Shown here: piece after piece, positions 62,618-64,000 of the stretch
Layout: every line of letters starts with the position of its first letter
Position numbering within the stretch: the stretch's first letter is position 1
NCBI GenBank assembly: GCA_973895155.1
Contig: OZ316892.1
Span: forward strand, 13,575,270 to 13,639,269
Source: Marsupella aquatica
Taxonomy: Eukaryota > Plantae > Marchantiophyta
Direction of reading: 5' to 3'
DNA: 64,000 bases
Notes under the pieces: generated by a model
Databases searched by the model: none
What the model was told of the DNA's origin: nothing
Seen by the model: only the letters and a program-made list of their open reading frames with translations
Translations under genes and position numbers: made by a program

Positions 62618-64000
62618 TAATAATAAGGGACGAAGAAATCTCATTAGTGAACTGCCTAATGTAAATGAGGAATAGAAACATCCAAACCTTTCTCCTGAAC
62701 CCCTAACATCTGTTCTGTTCAGTGTGGTTGGATAGAAGTTTGGAAGCGGTCTTGAGGTCCATGTGTCGGAAATTGGGTACCCCGTCCCTTCAACCTGAAG
62801 TTAAAAAAGAAGGGTTTCCAGGGCCCATTCTTAAATTTTGTTCTTCTCGTTTCAGTGTTTGAAGTTGCTTGGTTTGACGTTTAGCTTGACCAGCTGTGTC
62901 ATCCCATAACGAGATAAGTCTTCGGATTTTCTCTCATATGCATGTTTTGTAAATCTGAGCTGTACATCCTCCTGATTGAGTTTGACAGAACCATGAATTA
63001 ATCATTCGACAACTTCATTTGGGAAATCATGCAGGCTGAGATGCTCGTTTCCGTGCATTTGACTAAGTCGTTTAAGTAAGTTGTTGATAGATAGTAGTAT
63101 TTTCTTTGGCCAGAATTACCTATGGGCTCGGCATTTTGCTATGGTGCGTGAGGTTTTCCATGTGACTGTTCATGTAACTGTTTATCAAAACCACAAACCA
63201 ACCAGTACATGACTTCGACGTTAAAAGCTATATTCTCATTTAAACCATTCTCCACAAATGTTGATCGCGTTGTTCTGACGCATTCTTCAACGCCTGAATG
63301 TATTGGTTGCATCTAACATAACGTGGAAAAGTTTTTCACAGGTGAGACTTAGTTTTAATTGCTCAGATGTATAGGTTGAAAGATGAACTAATCCTTATCA
63401 GGGAACTCTGTTGTCAGGTGCAGTGTGCAACCTCTCACATTAGTTTTTGCATTCTGCTTTCAAAAGCGGTTTTCCATTCAAGCTTAGTTCACCAAAGAGA
63501 ATCCTCACAATGTAATTTGTGCGATTCTAAGAACAGGTACCGTGAAAACATTGACAGAGAAGTTTCTTAGAGGTTTTCTTGATAGGAAGGTACTGTTTTA
63601 ACAATTCGCTGATTCGCTTATTATATTACCTACCATTATTAGAGTTTCGTATCCTTGCACGATACTCTTTCCTGCCCCTGTTATATGCTCCTAGCTGCCC
63701 GCTGCATACGCTTACCGAATGATGATGATCACTTTTTCCCTCACATGGCTAGCTGGCGATCATGGGTATCTAGCATTCCTTAGCCACAACTGCAGCATCC
63801 CCATCCATAACTTGTGACGATTTGCATCATGTGTTTCTTTCGTATTATTATTACTACTAGTCTTCACCTTTTGCCCCATGCCCTTTATCTTCCCCTCGTC
63901 TCAAGCTCTATCTGGATGAGACTTGTGAGAGGATGAGGATCCTCATACTTTCAGCTCAGTAGTGCCTCCTGTCTCTCATGGCTGTTCACCGACCGCCCCT

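Overview
Intron-rich land-plant genomic DNA (a non-seed plant is my inference from gene style). There are three host genes: the 5' part of a PI4-kinase alpha (minus strand, runs off the left edge), a 12-exon PQ-loop transporter whose last intron is U12-type, and a 19-exon CBP80/ABH1. Between them lie four decayed Ty1/copia LTR elements: A (11329-23584), B nested inside A (13888-19929), C (truncated, 34559-~36891) and E (47555-54277). The standout is a 9.75-kb TIR-bounded DNA transposon, D (36892-46637). It encodes an apparently intact, spliced ~1490-aa transposase with P-element-type catalytic motifs plus C2H2 fingers, an AT-hook, a PCNA PIP box and a BAH/Tudor-like tail. It also carries a separate ORF resembling the PHD cassette of the anti-silencing factor EDM2, a further PHD-like ORF, a motif-rich tandem array and a D-armless tRNA-like structure downstream of the transposase stop. 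My hypothesis is a P-like plant transposon carrying its own chromatin-reader/anti-silencing module. All family assignments come from motif recognition by eye; no database searches were run.
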